Source: Acinetobacter phage phiAB441. Taken from it: a DNA stretch of 64,000 nucleotides. This document shows, piece by piece, positions 38,300 to 47,619 of the stretch. The first letter of the stretch is position 1. The number at the start of each line of letters is the position of its first letter. The DNA lies in the sequence record PV420835.1; one strand, 5' to 3'. The notes beneath the pieces are model-generated. The model searched no databases, was not told the DNA's origin, and saw only the letters and a program-made list of their open reading frames with translations. A program made the translations under genes and the position numbers.

Positions 38300-38885
38300 T
38301 TTTGACAAAATTAGAAATTCACTATTTGGTGGAAAATTAAAACAAACACAAGTTGATGGTATCAACTCCATTCTAGAATCAATAAATAAACATGGTATTT
38401 CGAAAGAACAGGCTGCATATGTTTTTGCTACTGTTTATCACGAAACAGCTAGAACCATGCAACCAATTGAAGAATACGGTAAAGGTAAAGGTAGACCATA
38501 CGGCACTTGGTATAAGAATTCTAAAGGTGAGTTATTTTCTTGGAAAAATGGCAATAAGAATACAGCTTACTTATACAAAGATTATCCACACCTTTACTAT
38601 GGACGCTCATTTCCACAATTAACATGGTTTGATAACTACGAAAAAGCTGGAAAGATTCTTGGTGTTGATTTTCTAAGAAATCCTTCATTAGTTATGGATT
38701 TAAAATACGCATCTGAAATCCTAGTTGTAGGGATGATGGATGGATGGTTTACACACAAGAAATTATCAGATTATATTAATCATTCTAAAAAAGATTATTA
38801 CAACGCAAGAAGAATTATAAACTCAACAGATAGAGCAGCATTGATTGCTGAGTATGCTTCTGAGTTTGAAGACGCATTATTTTAA
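38289..38885 (+). CDS. Endolysin, glycoside hydrolase family 19 (chitinase-like lysozyme), no cell-wall-binding domain
   Basis: YHETA...GRSFPQLTW..NY motif resembles GH19 catalytic core. Position after the holins. Confidence 0.65.
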   Translation: MKINFDKIRNSLFGGKLKQTQVDGINSILESINKHGISKEQAAYVFATVYHETARTMQPIEEYGKGKGRPYGTWYKNSKGELFSWKNGNKNTAYLYKDYPHLYYGRSFPQLTWFDNYEKAGKILGVDFLRNPSLVMDLKYASEILVVGMMDGWFTHKKLSDYINHSKKDYYNARRIINSTDRAALIAEYASEFEDALF

Positions 38886-38894
38886 GAGGGAAAA

Positions 38895-39197
38895 ATGGCT
38901 AGTACAAAAATACAAAATCTTCCACTAAAAGCTCCTATTGGAGCAATGAAGATTCCTACTGGTGGCTTTGGTGACTACAGTATTACAGTTAGTAGTATTG
39001 GAGATTTTATTATTGATGAATTTAATCTAGCCACTAAAGATTATGTAGATGATCTAAAAGGTCTTTCTGGAACAACAACAGATAGACTGGTTTTGGAAAA
39101 TGTATTAACAGGATTTTACTTTTGGGATTCAGACTTAAATAAACCTGTTTGGTATAACGGTGAAAATTGGACTGATGCTAACGGAACAATTGTTTAA
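38895..39197 (+). CDS. Short fibre or receptor-binding-like protein sharing an N-terminal motif with 39207..41894
   Basis: N-terminal motif PLKAPIGAMKIPTGGFGDYSITVSSIGDF is paralogous to ENITGNEKIPTGGYGNSAITINNLGQF in the next gene. Confidence 0.5.
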   Translation: MASTKIQNLPLKAPIGAMKIPTGGFGDYSITVSSIGDFIIDEFNLATKDYVDDLKGLSGTTTDRLVLENVLTGFYFWDSDLNKPVWYNGENWTDANGTIV

Positions 39198-39206
39198 GGA
39201 ATAATA

Positions 39207-41894
39207 ATGGCAGATTTAAGAATTGCTGATGCTCCAGAAATAGCATTAGAAAACATAACAGGAAATGAAAAAATTCCTACTGGTGGTTACGGAAATTCAG
39301 CGATCACCATCAATAACTTAGGGCAGTTTGCAAAAACTGCTTTATCTTTAGCGACAGAACAATATGTAAGCAATGCTATTGGTCAAAAAGAAAATAAGAT
39401 AACATTGACAGGTGTGAATTTGACACCAAATTCTACTTATTCAGAAATTCCACAAACAAATAATATAGTTCTTAATATAATTCATCAAGACTTATTGAAT
39501 CGCATGGAGTGGATTAAGGATAATAGTTTTGGAGTTACTGATCATCAAGAATTAACTGGAAGAAGCTCTGTTAACTCTCACCCAAGTACCTCAATTAGTC
39601 ATCAAGGTTCATCTACTGTTTTCAACGAGATTGAAAATCTTAAAAATAGCATCTTAACAATAAATACAGAAACTATCCCCGAATTAAACAATGCGATTAT
39701 TGGAAAACAAGATGTAATTGTTAATGATGTTAATTTAACACCAACTTCTGTTTTAAGTCCTGTACCATCAACTAATAACTCATCTTTAAATTCATCTCTC
39801 CAAGCTTTAATGAATAGGGATGAATTTAGAAGTATTCACAATAATTTAGCTGGAAGAGACGCAACAAATGCTCATCCTGCCAGTTCTATCGACCTTAACG
39901 GGACTCCGTTAAATAACAAAATTTCAGAAATTGAATCTGAATTATTTGATCTAAAAGAAAAAACAGGTAACTCTTTAAACATTGATCAATTTAAAACAGA
40001 TACAAATACCGACACTGAAGCATTAAATTTAATGATTGCTTACGCTAAGCTAAATAATGTAAAAAATTTAAACATCACAAGAAATATATCCATATCGGAA
40101 AGAATTCAGTTGAATCAAGACAGTACAGGTTGGTTAAATGACGTAACAATTAATGCGAACAACATAAACATACACTACACGGGTGCTGGTGCAGATTCTC
40201 TTTATTTTGCAGTATTACATGTAAATGGAACTTTAAGTCAAACTACAACAACAGTTACAACCGATTATCCTGAATATACAAACGAATTAACGCTTGCTTC
40301 AACAACAGGTTTTTCAGTTGGTGATTATATTCTAATAAGAAGTACTTCAACAACAAGTCCTGATGTATATTTAAACCATATAACACGAATTGAAAGTATT
40401 TCAGGTAATGTTATAAAAACAGATTTAACCAGAAGATTAGCTGTTCGACCATCTATTGCTCAAGTTAATGTGACTAAAGTCAACACTGTTAATAATTTTA
40501 AATTGGTAGGTAATCCAAAAATAACAGCAAATAACCAGACAACAAGAAGTAATGGTATTGGCGGGGTAATTTTAACACAATGTTCCAACTCTTCAGCAGA
40601 ATGTAACAGCAGTGGTTTGTGGTTTAAAACATTAGTATTGAACAACTGTTACAAGTGTTTTGGTAAAGCAACTAATAAAGATGCTGTTGCAAAAGGTGGT
40701 GGTGAAGGTTATTGTCTTCAACTTCTATACAGTACATTCTGTTCTGGTACAGCACAAGGAGATAATTTAAGACATACAACGGATGCAACAGCATCTTGGT
40801 ATTGTAATTTTTACGATTGTATTGACTACGGAGCATCTTCTGGTTCATTTATTCACCATTGTGCGTTTGAACATGAAATAAAATACTACAACTGTAAAAG
40901 TTTCAACTCTCTTACAAACGGGTTCTCGCTAGGTACGATAACAGGCACATTTGGTGACACTGTTAGTAAGATTGAATTACTGTCTTGTTCTGTTTTAAAT
41001 AGTGCGCTTGATTGTGTTGTTTACGCAAACAAAGGTTCTGGTGTTCGTATATTAGGTGGAGAATACACAAGCACTAATGGTTATTCTTTAAATACATCTA
41101 ATAACGGAACTTATGTTTCTGATACAAATTTACTTTCTGGTATTTTAATATCAACTTCTGCTGATATGAATACGAGCGGTGAAACAGATATTTACAACTC
41201 TATTGTGTTGATGGGAACCAATAGTCGTGCATTGAATCTGACAGCAAATCGGAAGATTCGTTTATTTAATTCACAATTAAAAGGTAGATGGAATTTAGCT
41301 GATAGTACGCAAGTTACATGTTTTAATAGTTCAATTGAATACCCAACAAGTGCACAATTACTAACTATAACAGGCTCAAATCAGAGAGTTGATTTCATTA
41401 ATGGTGATCTGACTTATCCTGTTGGCGCAACAACCTCACAAACTTTCACAGTCGGCAGGTTTTCAGCTAATGGTGTTTTATTTAATTCAAACCAAACAAC
41501 ATTTGTGACAAATTTTACAAACACGAATGATATTTCTATTGCGAACTGTAAGGGTGATATTTCTACTCTAATTACATCAGGCGCTTTAGTAAACTATAAC
41601 AACAACATGTTAAACGCTGTAGGTATAAACCTCGTATTTAACATTACAGGATTTACAGGACAACTCTTAGCATCAAATAATACTTTAACGTCTAGCGCTA
41701 CTGTTAGTTTTAGTATTCATACTTCTTGTTTAATATCAAAAAGTAGAGTTTCAGGCAATACTGTTTCAGGAAGAATAAGTGTTCCAGATGCCTCAGCAAC
41801 TTCTGGAATTTATGCTAATAATATTTGTGCAACAGCTTCAGTATTTCCAACTAACGATAGTTCAAGATATGTTTCTGGAAATATATTAGTTTAA
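39207..41894 (+). CDS. Large receptor-binding protein or tailspike (895 aa, Asn/Ser/Thr-rich, beta-helix-like)
   Basis: Shared N-terminal anchor motif with 38895. Composition typical of beta-helical tailspikes. Followed by a strong terminator. Confidence 0.55.
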   Translation: MADLRIADAPEIALENITGNEKIPTGGYGNSAITINNLGQFAKTALSLATEQYVSNAIGQKENKITLTGVNLTPNSTYSEIPQTNNIVLNIIHQDLLNRMEWIKDNSFGVTDHQELTGRSSVNSHPSTSISHQGSSTVFNEIENLKNSILTINTETIPELNNAIIGKQDVIVNDVNLTPTSVLSPVPSTNNSSLNSSLQALMNRDEFRSIHNNLAGRDATNAHPASSIDLNGTPLNNKISEIESELFDLKEKTGNSLNIDQFKTDTNTDTEALNLMIAYAKLNNVKNLNITRNISISERIQLNQDSTGWLNDVTINANNINIHYTGAGADSLYFAVLHVNGTLSQTTTTVTTDYPEYTNELTLASTTGFSVGDYILIRSTSTTSPDVYLNHITRIESISGNVIKTDLTRRLAVRPSIAQVNVTKVNTVNNFKLVGNPKITANNQTTRSNGIGGVILTQCSNSSAECNSSGLWFKTLVLNNCYKCFGKATNKDAVAKGGGEGYCLQLLYSTFCSGTAQGDNLRHTTDATASWYCNFYDCIDYGASSGSFIHHCAFEHEIKYYNCKSFNSLTNGFSLGTITGTFGDTVSKIELLSCSVLNSALDCVVYANKGSGVRILGGEYTSTNGYSLNTSNNGTYVSDTNLLSGILISTSADMNTSGETDIYNSIVLMGTNSRALNLTANRKIRLFNSQLKGRWNLADSTQVTCFNSSIEYPTSAQLLTITGSNQRVDFINGDLTYPVGATTSQTFTVGRFSANGVLFNSNQTTFVTNFTNTNDISIANCKGDISTLITSGALVNYNNNMLNAVGINLVFNITGFTGQLLASNNTLTSSATVSFSIHTSCLISKSRVSGNTVSGRISVPDASATSGIYANNICATASVFPTNDSSRYVSGNILV

Positions 41895-41900
41895 TTATTA

Positions 41901-41926
41901 TCCCTGCCTTCGGGTGGGGATTTTTT
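41901..41926 (+). terminator. Rho-independent terminator tccctgcc-ttcg-ggtgggga plus TTTTTT
   Basis: Read directly. UUCG tetraloop and U6 run. Closes the structural and lysis module. Confidence 0.8.
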
Positions 41927-41970
41927 ACGCCTATTGTTTTTACTCATATTTCGATTTCGTAATAGGCATA

Positions 41971-42020
41971 ATTCAATATCAAAATATCAATATCACGATA
42001 ATGAAAAATCAATATTTCAC
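41971..42020. repeat. Iteron-like array of CAATATC/AATATCA/CAATATT repeats, preceded by inverted repeat gcctatt...aataggc at 41930-41970
   Basis: Read directly. Immediately upstream of the winged-helix protein gene and its promoter. Confidence 0.4.
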
Positions 42021-42078
42021 AATTGAAAAATGTCTAATAGGAAAAGAATAGTTTTTAAATATTTCTTTTATAGGAGAA

Positions 42079-42107
42079 TTGACAAACAAAAAACACAAGA
42101 TTAAACT
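42079..42107 (+). promoter_or_regulatory. Sigma70-like promoter TTGACA-17-TAAACT for the replication module
   Basis: Read directly. Confidence 0.5.
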
Positions 42108-42138
42108 TCACACCTGTTGTTCGTTGTAGGGAAAGATA

Positions 42139-43017
42139 ATGATTAAAATTTTAAATCCAGCAGTAGTTAAGATCGTTGGTAGCATTGCAAGTGTTCTTTT
42201 ACGTCACTTAAAGTATTGGAAAGATTCATCAGGTAAGGAAGTTGTGTATCGTACAAACACACAACTTGTAGACGACTTAGAAGGGATGTTTTCAGCATCT
42301 CAGATTCAACGTGCTAAAAAGAAACTTATTGAAAATGGATTAATTGAAATCACTTATGGGAAAGGGCATGACAGAACAACACACTACTCACTTACAAAAA
42401 AAGCTTTAGACTTGTTAGATAGCTCTAAAACTTCATCAGAAGCCCATAGTGATAAGAAAGAGGGAAAAGGTAGTGATGTACCACACACTCCTAAAACATC
42501 GACACAACGTGCTAAAACAATTGTTAAAAAGGGTGCTATTGTACACTCATATGGAAATGTTAAATCAATGAAAGAATGTTTTGAAGAAGGAAGTGATAAT
42601 AAGAATGCAGATCGTTCTTTAACTCTATCTGAACGACTAGCTCTTATGAAAGGGGAAAAGATTGATTTAAACAAGCATAATGAATCTTTAGAGCAATGTT
42701 TAGATGAAAGTGGTACAAACGTACCAGACAATACTAAAACTGTCTATACGGAGCTTACAGACGACTTAAATGAGATGTGTAATGGTAACGAAGAAGATGA
42801 ATACTTAAACACTCTATCACAACATGATTACGATGAATGTGATCTTGCTATGTTGAATGCTTTGAATAGAAAACAAGAACATTTGACGGATGATAAGTTG
42901 ACAGTTGGTCAATTATTAGGTAGTCTAGGTTCTGTATATAAATCAGGTGTGTCAGAAGCTAGAGAGAAAATCTATAGAATGTCACAACTACAAAATGGTT
43001 ATGTGGAGGATTATTGA
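42139..43017 (+). CDS. Winged-helix DNA-binding protein, replication-initiator-like, with acidic C-terminal half
   Basis: N-terminal segment (LEGMFSASQIQRAKKKLIENGLIEI) resembles a wHTH. Iterons upstream. Inference only. Confidence 0.35.
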   Translation: MIKILNPAVVKIVGSIASVLLRHLKYWKDSSGKEVVYRTNTQLVDDLEGMFSASQIQRAKKKLIENGLIEITYGKGHDRTTHYSLTKKALDLLDSSKTSSEAHSDKKEGKGSDVPHTPKTSTQRAKTIVKKGAIVHSYGNVKSMKECFEEGSDNKNADRSLTLSERLALMKGEKIDLNKHNESLEQCLDESGTNVPDNTKTVYTELTDDLNEMCNGNEEDEYLNTLSQHDYDECDLAMLNALNRKQEHLTDDKLTVGQLLGSLGSVYKSGVSEAREKIYRMSQLQNGYVEDY

Positions 43018-43241
43018 TGAACATTGAAATAGTTAAACACATATATGAAAAAGTATGTATAGCTAGATTTGAAGGATATAATTTTGTTTTGGTAAATCTA
43101 AATAAATCATTAGGTGAAATATACACCGAAGATAATATTTTAGCTTCCGTGATGTATTTAAAGGGTATTTATCCAAACACAAGGCTTGTTAAGTCGGATA
43201 TTGGTTTATTTGATAATTATCAAGTTATGATTGGATGGTGA
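43014..43241 (+). CDS. Hypothetical small protein
   Basis: ORF track. Overlapping start and stop. Confidence 0.45.
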   Translation: MMNIEIVKHIYEKVCIARFEGYNFVLVNLNKSLGEIYTEDNILASVMYLKGIYPNTRLVKSDIGLFDNYQVMIGW

Positions 43242-43455
43242 TGTATGCTATGACATCGATATTGAAGATGGAAAACCTTTTATTTTCTGTAAAACAGATA
43301 ATTGGTCAATTGCGTTAACACGAATTAAAGGTGAATTGTTTTTTGAGTGTTACTACAGAGATTCAGAAACATACGATTATAGCAGTATTTCTATAGAAGA
43401 TGTTTTAGAATATATTAATAGTATACACGGTGATGAAGAGTTAGTTTTTTATTAG
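43231..43455 (+). CDS. Hypothetical small protein
   Basis: ORF track. Confidence 0.45.
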   Translation: MDGDVCYDIDIEDGKPFIFCKTDNWSIALTRIKGELFFECYYRDSETYDYSSISIEDVLEYINSIHGDEELVFY

Positions 43456-43467
43456 TTTGGAGGATTA

Positions 43468-43686
43468 TTGATGTTACCAATACATTGGGATATTGATGAT
43501 ATAGGAGAATTCATTATTGAGGAATTGGTTTTAAACCATTTTAATTATGATTCATTTTTATCAGAAGTTGTTCTTGCTGATGTTTACCAAGAGTCAAGAT
43601 CAGCTTACATCTTAACATTGTTAGCTAATGAGATAGGTAAAGAAAGTAAGTCTATTAGAATTAGAGTTGAAGTTGAGGATTATTAA
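43468..43686 (+). CDS. Hypothetical small acidic protein
   Basis: ORF track. RBS ggagg. Confidence 0.5.
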   Translation: MMLPIHWDIDDIGEFIIEELVLNHFNYDSFLSEVVLADVYQESRSAYILTLLANEIGKESKSIRIRVEVEDY

Positions 43687-43868
43687 TGAGAGAATATACA
43701 GAAGTTTCAATTGGTGCTGGATTGTATTACAGAGAAATGGTTGTACCGAAAGATGAAGTTCGTAAATTTATTAAACAGGGTTGGAAAATTACACGCTTTG
43801 CTAAAGTACAACCAAGTAAAGTTTATGATAAATGGAAAAACGCAATCGATGACATGGAGTCTGAATGA
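43686..43868 (+). CDS. Hypothetical small protein
   Basis: ORF track. Confidence 0.45.
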   Translation: MREYTEVSIGAGLYYREMVVPKDEVRKFIKQGWKITRFAKVQPSKVYDKWKNAIDDMESE

Positions 43869-44065
43869 TGCAAGGTTTAGAATTTTCCTTACTTCGATGT
43901 AAAGGTAAGTGTAAAGAGTGTAATGTAGAACTTCCTGTTGGTACAAAGACAGTGATTATTGGTTCATTCAGTAATAAATATAGATATTGTTTAGATTGTT
44001 TTTCTTTTGAGATTGATAAAAACTGTGATATAAGTATGGATGGTATGGCTTTAATTTTGGAGTAA
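43865..44065 (+). CDS. Zinc-ribbon protein (CxxC...CxxC)
   Basis: CKGKCKEC and CLDC pairs. Confidence 0.45.
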   Translation: MMQGLEFSLLRCKGKCKECNVELPVGTKTVIIGSFSNKYRYCLDCFSFEIDKNCDISMDGMALILE

Positions 44066-44068
44066 GTT

Positions 44069-44344
44069 ATGAGTGATTGGATTGATGAAATAGATGATAT
44101 TGATGCTTTTTTAGATCAATTAATTGAAGTTAATGAGAACTGTACATCAGCACCATCCTTAGATGCTTTTTGTTCAAGTTTTTCATTAGATACAGCGAAT
44201 GGAATGTATGACGATATTTATAAGAAGTTTCTTGATTGGAATGCATTCGGTGAAGAGTGTCCGTCTGAGTGTAATTATATGCAAGATTTGAAATGTGTGA
44301 TTGAATCTTTAGAGTTAGCACTAAAGGAGATTAAAAAAGAATAG
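44069..44344 (+). CDS. Hypothetical acidic protein
   Basis: ORF track. Confidence 0.45.
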   Translation: MSDWIDEIDDIDAFLDQLIEVNENCTSAPSLDAFCSSFSLDTANGMYDDIYKKFLDWNAFGEECPSECNYMQDLKCVIESLELALKEIKKE

Positions 44345-44381
44345 TATAATGTAGTATGGTGAATTTATTTTGGAGTGAACT

Positions 44382-44573
44382 ATGAACAACATTCTACATG
44401 AAAATACAAGATATATTGTTACATCTGAAATATTATGGGATGATAAAGAATGGTTTTACATTCAGATGAAATTTGATACAATGTCACCACTAACTGTTGA
44501 TGTTAGAGAAACATTAGAAGAAGCAATTTATTACACTGATATTATGGAGAGGTTTTATAATGAGCAATATTAA
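44382..44573 (+). CDS. Hypothetical small protein
   Basis: ORF track. Confidence 0.45.
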   Translation: MNNILHENTRYIVTSEILWDDKEWFYIQMKFDTMSPLTVDVRETLEEAIYYTDIMERFYNEQY

Positions 44574-45147
44574 ACATATTGATATTTGTGAAGTTAAGAA
44601 AGATGTAGCTGATAAGCTATTAGAAGCTGTAGATATTGTTGATACAGCAGAGGAAGAGAGACAAAGAGGGTTATATGATGATTTAGTTGCTAATTACGAT
44701 AGTATTGAAGCTGTATTGTTTACACTAAATCGTTGTGTTGATACATCATCATTAGGGTTTTACTTTGGTAATAAGAGAAAGATGAATGTACGACACTTAT
44801 TAGATAGTGTGAACAAATACAATGAATTAAAAGGATTGGACTTACCTATGTTATACTATGAACACGATAAACATAAGGATTTCTTATACATCATTAATTT
44901 TATTACATCTGACATCTTTGGTGAAGAGTATGTTTATGAATTTCATTGGGATGATTGGGATAAGTGTTTGTTATGGAAAGATGATACAATTGGAGAGTAT
45001 TTAAAGTATCAATATTATCCTAATTTAAAGTATTTTGCTTTACCAGCTATTATGTTCTTTCCTTTTACTATCTTATTCTTTGTTATTATGATTATTTGTT
45101 TAATGACATGTAAGAAGATTAGTTTAAAGACAAGGAGCTTAATGTGA
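44560..45147 (+). CDS. Hypothetical protein with C-terminal transmembrane anchor
   Basis: C-terminal FALPAIMFFPFTILFFVIMIICLM helix. Confidence 0.5.
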   Translation: MSNIKHIDICEVKKDVADKLLEAVDIVDTAEEERQRGLYDDLVANYDSIEAVLFTLNRCVDTSSLGFYFGNKRKMNVRHLLDSVNKYNELKGLDLPMLYYEHDKHKDFLYIINFITSDIFGEEYVYEFHWDDWDKCLLWKDDTIGEYLKYQYYPNLKYFALPAIMFFPFTILFFVIMIICLMTCKKISLKTRSLM

Positions 45148-45431
45148 TGTTTGATATGATATTTAATATATTATTCTTATATCCCATAACATTCATTGTA
45201 TTCATGTTATGTAGCAATCTAAAGATTGACATTAAGGAATTATTATTTCGTTTCACTCATAATAACATATTCACCCCTTGACCCCTTGAAACATAATATC
45301 ATGTCAAGACGAGGAGTCAAGCTTTTTTACAATAATATAACAAATATATTTAATTATTGTTTGTTAATTGTAAAATATATAGACTATAAATTATACTTGG
45401 TTTATAGTCTTATTAAATTTAAGGAGGTTTT

Positions 45432-45683
45432 ATGTTAGTATCGATTACTATCCTAATGGATAATAATGTTCAGGCATGTTATGTTCGTGAAGTGCGTGAT
45501 TTTGATTTCAAAGACTTAGATCAAGTTTTTGATTACTTCGAGTTATTCTTTGATATTGATGGTGTTAAAGATAAATGTGGTGAAATTAAATATTCACAAT
45601 TTGGTCGATGGTGTATTTTTCATTATGATCCAGATGGTGTTGATCAAGAAGTTTTGATTACATGGGAGAATATTGAGTTATGA
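45432..45683 (+). CDS. Hypothetical small protein
   Basis: ORF track. RBS aaggagg. Confidence 0.5.
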   Translation: MLVSITILMDNNVQACYVREVRDFDFKDLDQVFDYFELFFDIDGVKDKCGEIKYSQFGRWCIFHYDPDGVDQEVLITWENIEL

Positions 45684-45991
45684 ATTTTATACCAGAAGAT
45701 CATCTAGATCAGATTGAAACAATGTTAATGAATGGTGACGAACATGACGTTGTATTACTTGGTCATGGAAGAATGGCTCCAATTAATCTAGTAGTTTTTC
45801 AGTGTGTTGATATTGTTAACATCGATTATGATTTTAATTATGATGAAGAATACACATATTACGCTGCTGAAATTGAAAGTTGGAATTGGGATGGTGATTG
45901 TCCAGAGGAAATTTACATTGAAGATATTAAAGATGATCTTTACAGAGTTGAGAAAGTTCCAGTGACTAAATATGAATGGAGAAAAGTATGA
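45680..45991 (+). CDS. Hypothetical acidic protein
   Basis: ORF track. Confidence 0.45.
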   Translation: MNFIPEDHLDQIETMLMNGDEHDVVLLGHGRMAPINLVVFQCVDIVNIDYDFNYDEEYTYYAAEIESWNWDGDCPEEIYIEDIKDDLYRVEKVPVTKYEWRKV

Positions 45992-46239
45992 CACAGGAAA
46001 TTGAAAGACAAGCTATAAAGTCATTTACAGAAGCTTTGTTAGCCATTAATGGGGCTTTGTTGAAGTCTGGCAGTAATAAGGATGAAGCTGTTATAATGTT
46101 GCCGAAAGAGGACTTTAACTACTTTTTTACAGTGTTGCAATATCCAAATTCACCAGCAAGTAAGTTTTTTAAATATGATCCACAAGATTTAAATGAGTTT
46201 ACTTTAGCTGGAATTAAAGTTAGGAGTTTTGGTAAATGA
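45976..46239 (+). CDS. Hypothetical small protein
   Basis: ORF track. Confidence 0.45.
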   Translation: MEKSMTQEIERQAIKSFTEALLAINGALLKSGSNKDEAVIMLPKEDFNYFFTVLQYPNSPASKFFKYDPQDLNEFTLAGIKVRSFGK

Positions 46240-46472
46240 GTGATTGGAATATGGTTGCAGATTGTGATGGTCTGTTTATTTTTGATAGTTCATATAGTGA
46301 CTTTTTTGAAATACATCATGGTGGTGTATACGTAAATAAAACATGTTCAAAATTTAAAGAGGATCATAAACATAAAAGTTATCAAGAAATTAAAGAATGG
46401 ACTGAAAAGACATTTCGTTCTTTAAGTGATAAATCAACATGGTTAATGTGTTATTTTGGAGAGTGTAAATGA
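46236..46472 (+). CDS. Hypothetical small protein
   Basis: ORF track. Confidence 0.45.
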   Translation: MSDWNMVADCDGLFIFDSSYSDFFEIHHGGVYVNKTCSKFKEDHKHKSYQEIKEWTEKTFRSLSDKSTWLMCYFGECK

Positions 46473-46759
46473 TTAAACGAATACCAAGTGAAGAAATACA
46501 GAAGTTAAAAAGAACTAATGTCTGGTTGTGTCGAGACCGTACACTTACAAAAAAGATTATGCGAGAAAAGTCAGATGCTATTGTTGAAATAAACAAACAA
46601 ATGAGTTCAATGACTTATTCAAAATTAAAGGAGTATACAAAGAAAAGAAATAAGTTACTTGATGAACATGACTTACTCATAGACCTGTACATTAGAATAA
46701 ATCAAGACATTTATCAAAATGGTAAAGAGATTATGAAACTTAGAGGATGTAAACGATGA
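46469..46759 (+). CDS. Hypothetical basic protein
   Basis: ORF track. Confidence 0.45.
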   Translation: MIKRIPSEEIQKLKRTNVWLCRDRTLTKKIMREKSDAIVEINKQMSSMTYSKLKEYTKKRNKLLDEHDLLIDLYIRINQDIYQNGKEIMKLRGCKR

Positions 46760-46959
46760 ATTTAGGTTTGTATGAAATAATGGATCGTGTTTCTGTTATA
46801 CAATCTTCTCTTGAGGATAATGTTAGACATCACCAAGAAGCTGATTCAAGAGTTGTTGAATTAGTTGATGAAGCACAAGAAGTATTGAATATGCTTTATC
46901 AATATGCTGCTAGTGAATTTTATGATAGTTATGGAGATTGTGAGAGTCATGGGTCTTAA
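46756..46959 (+). CDS. Hypothetical small acidic protein
   Basis: ORF track. Confidence 0.45.
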   Translation: MNLGLYEIMDRVSVIQSSLEDNVRHHQEADSRVVELVDEAQEVLNMLYQYAASEFYDSYGDCESHGS

Positions 46960-47365
46960 ATATAAACATAAGAAGGCATATATGAAGTGTTGTGACGCAT
47001 TTGCGGAATGTTCAGATGATACAAGATTGTCGGTAGGTTCTGTAATTGTTAAGAACAACAGAATCATCTCTTGTGGGTATAATGCACACACTGAGCATAT
47101 TACAGCTCCAAATCAATTACCTAGTGGTGAAACAGATGCTAGAGTACGCCATTCAGAGAAAAATGCTTTAATGGGGTTGATTAGAAGCAATGAAAGTGCT
47201 GTAGGGGCTATTATGTTTTGCACACATGCTTGTTGTTATTTCTGTGCTATAGATATTGTAGATGCAGGTATAGCACACTTTGTATATCGAGATGGTTATA
47301 GAAGTGAAGATGGGCTAAATCACCTAAAACAACATGGTGTTATTGTTGAGCAATTTGTTGAGTAG
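46904..47365 (+). CDS. dCMP / cytidine deaminase family zinc enzyme. Start may be the ATG at 46949.
   Basis: HSE (H-x-E) and CTHACCYFC (PCxxC-like) zinc-binding motifs of the CMP/dCMP deaminase family. Confidence 0.7.
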   Translation: MLLVNFMIVMEIVRVMGLKYKHKKAYMKCCDAFAECSDDTRLSVGSVIVKNNRIISCGYNAHTEHITAPNQLPSGETDARVRHSEKNALMGLIRSNESAVGAIMFCTHACCYFCAIDIVDAGIAHFVYRDGYRSEDGLNHLKQHGVIVEQFVE

Positions 47366-47393
47366 AGAGATTAATATAGATCAACAAAAGGTA

Positions 47394-47421
47394 TTGACAT
47401 ATTGAGAGAGTGTGGTATAGT
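47394..47421 (+). promoter_or_regulatory. Sigma70-like promoter TTGACA-16-TGgTATAGT (extended -10)
   Basis: Read directly. Confidence 0.55.
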
Positions 47422-47448
47422 TGTTGAAAAGTTTAATGGAGGATTGTA

Positions 47449-47619
47449 ATGAATTTTACAGAATATTTAAATTTAATTAAAGAGATTTTAAATGATAATG
47501 GTGTTGTGTTATCAACAATGGAAGAACATCATCAGGAAGAGTTGATTAAGAAGTTTAAGAAATGTTTTAAAGATGGTGAGGATGTTGATGAGGCAATAGA
47601 CAGAGTTATGGGGTGGTGA
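47449..47619 (+). CDS. Small acidic protein (56 aa). Not in ORF track.
   Basis: ATG 47449 with ggagg RBS at 6-nt spacing. Its stop overlaps the GTG start of the HEG. Confidence 0.45.
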   Translation: MNFTEYLNLIKEILNDNGVVLSTMEEHHQEELIKKFKKCFKDGEDVDEAIDRVMGW

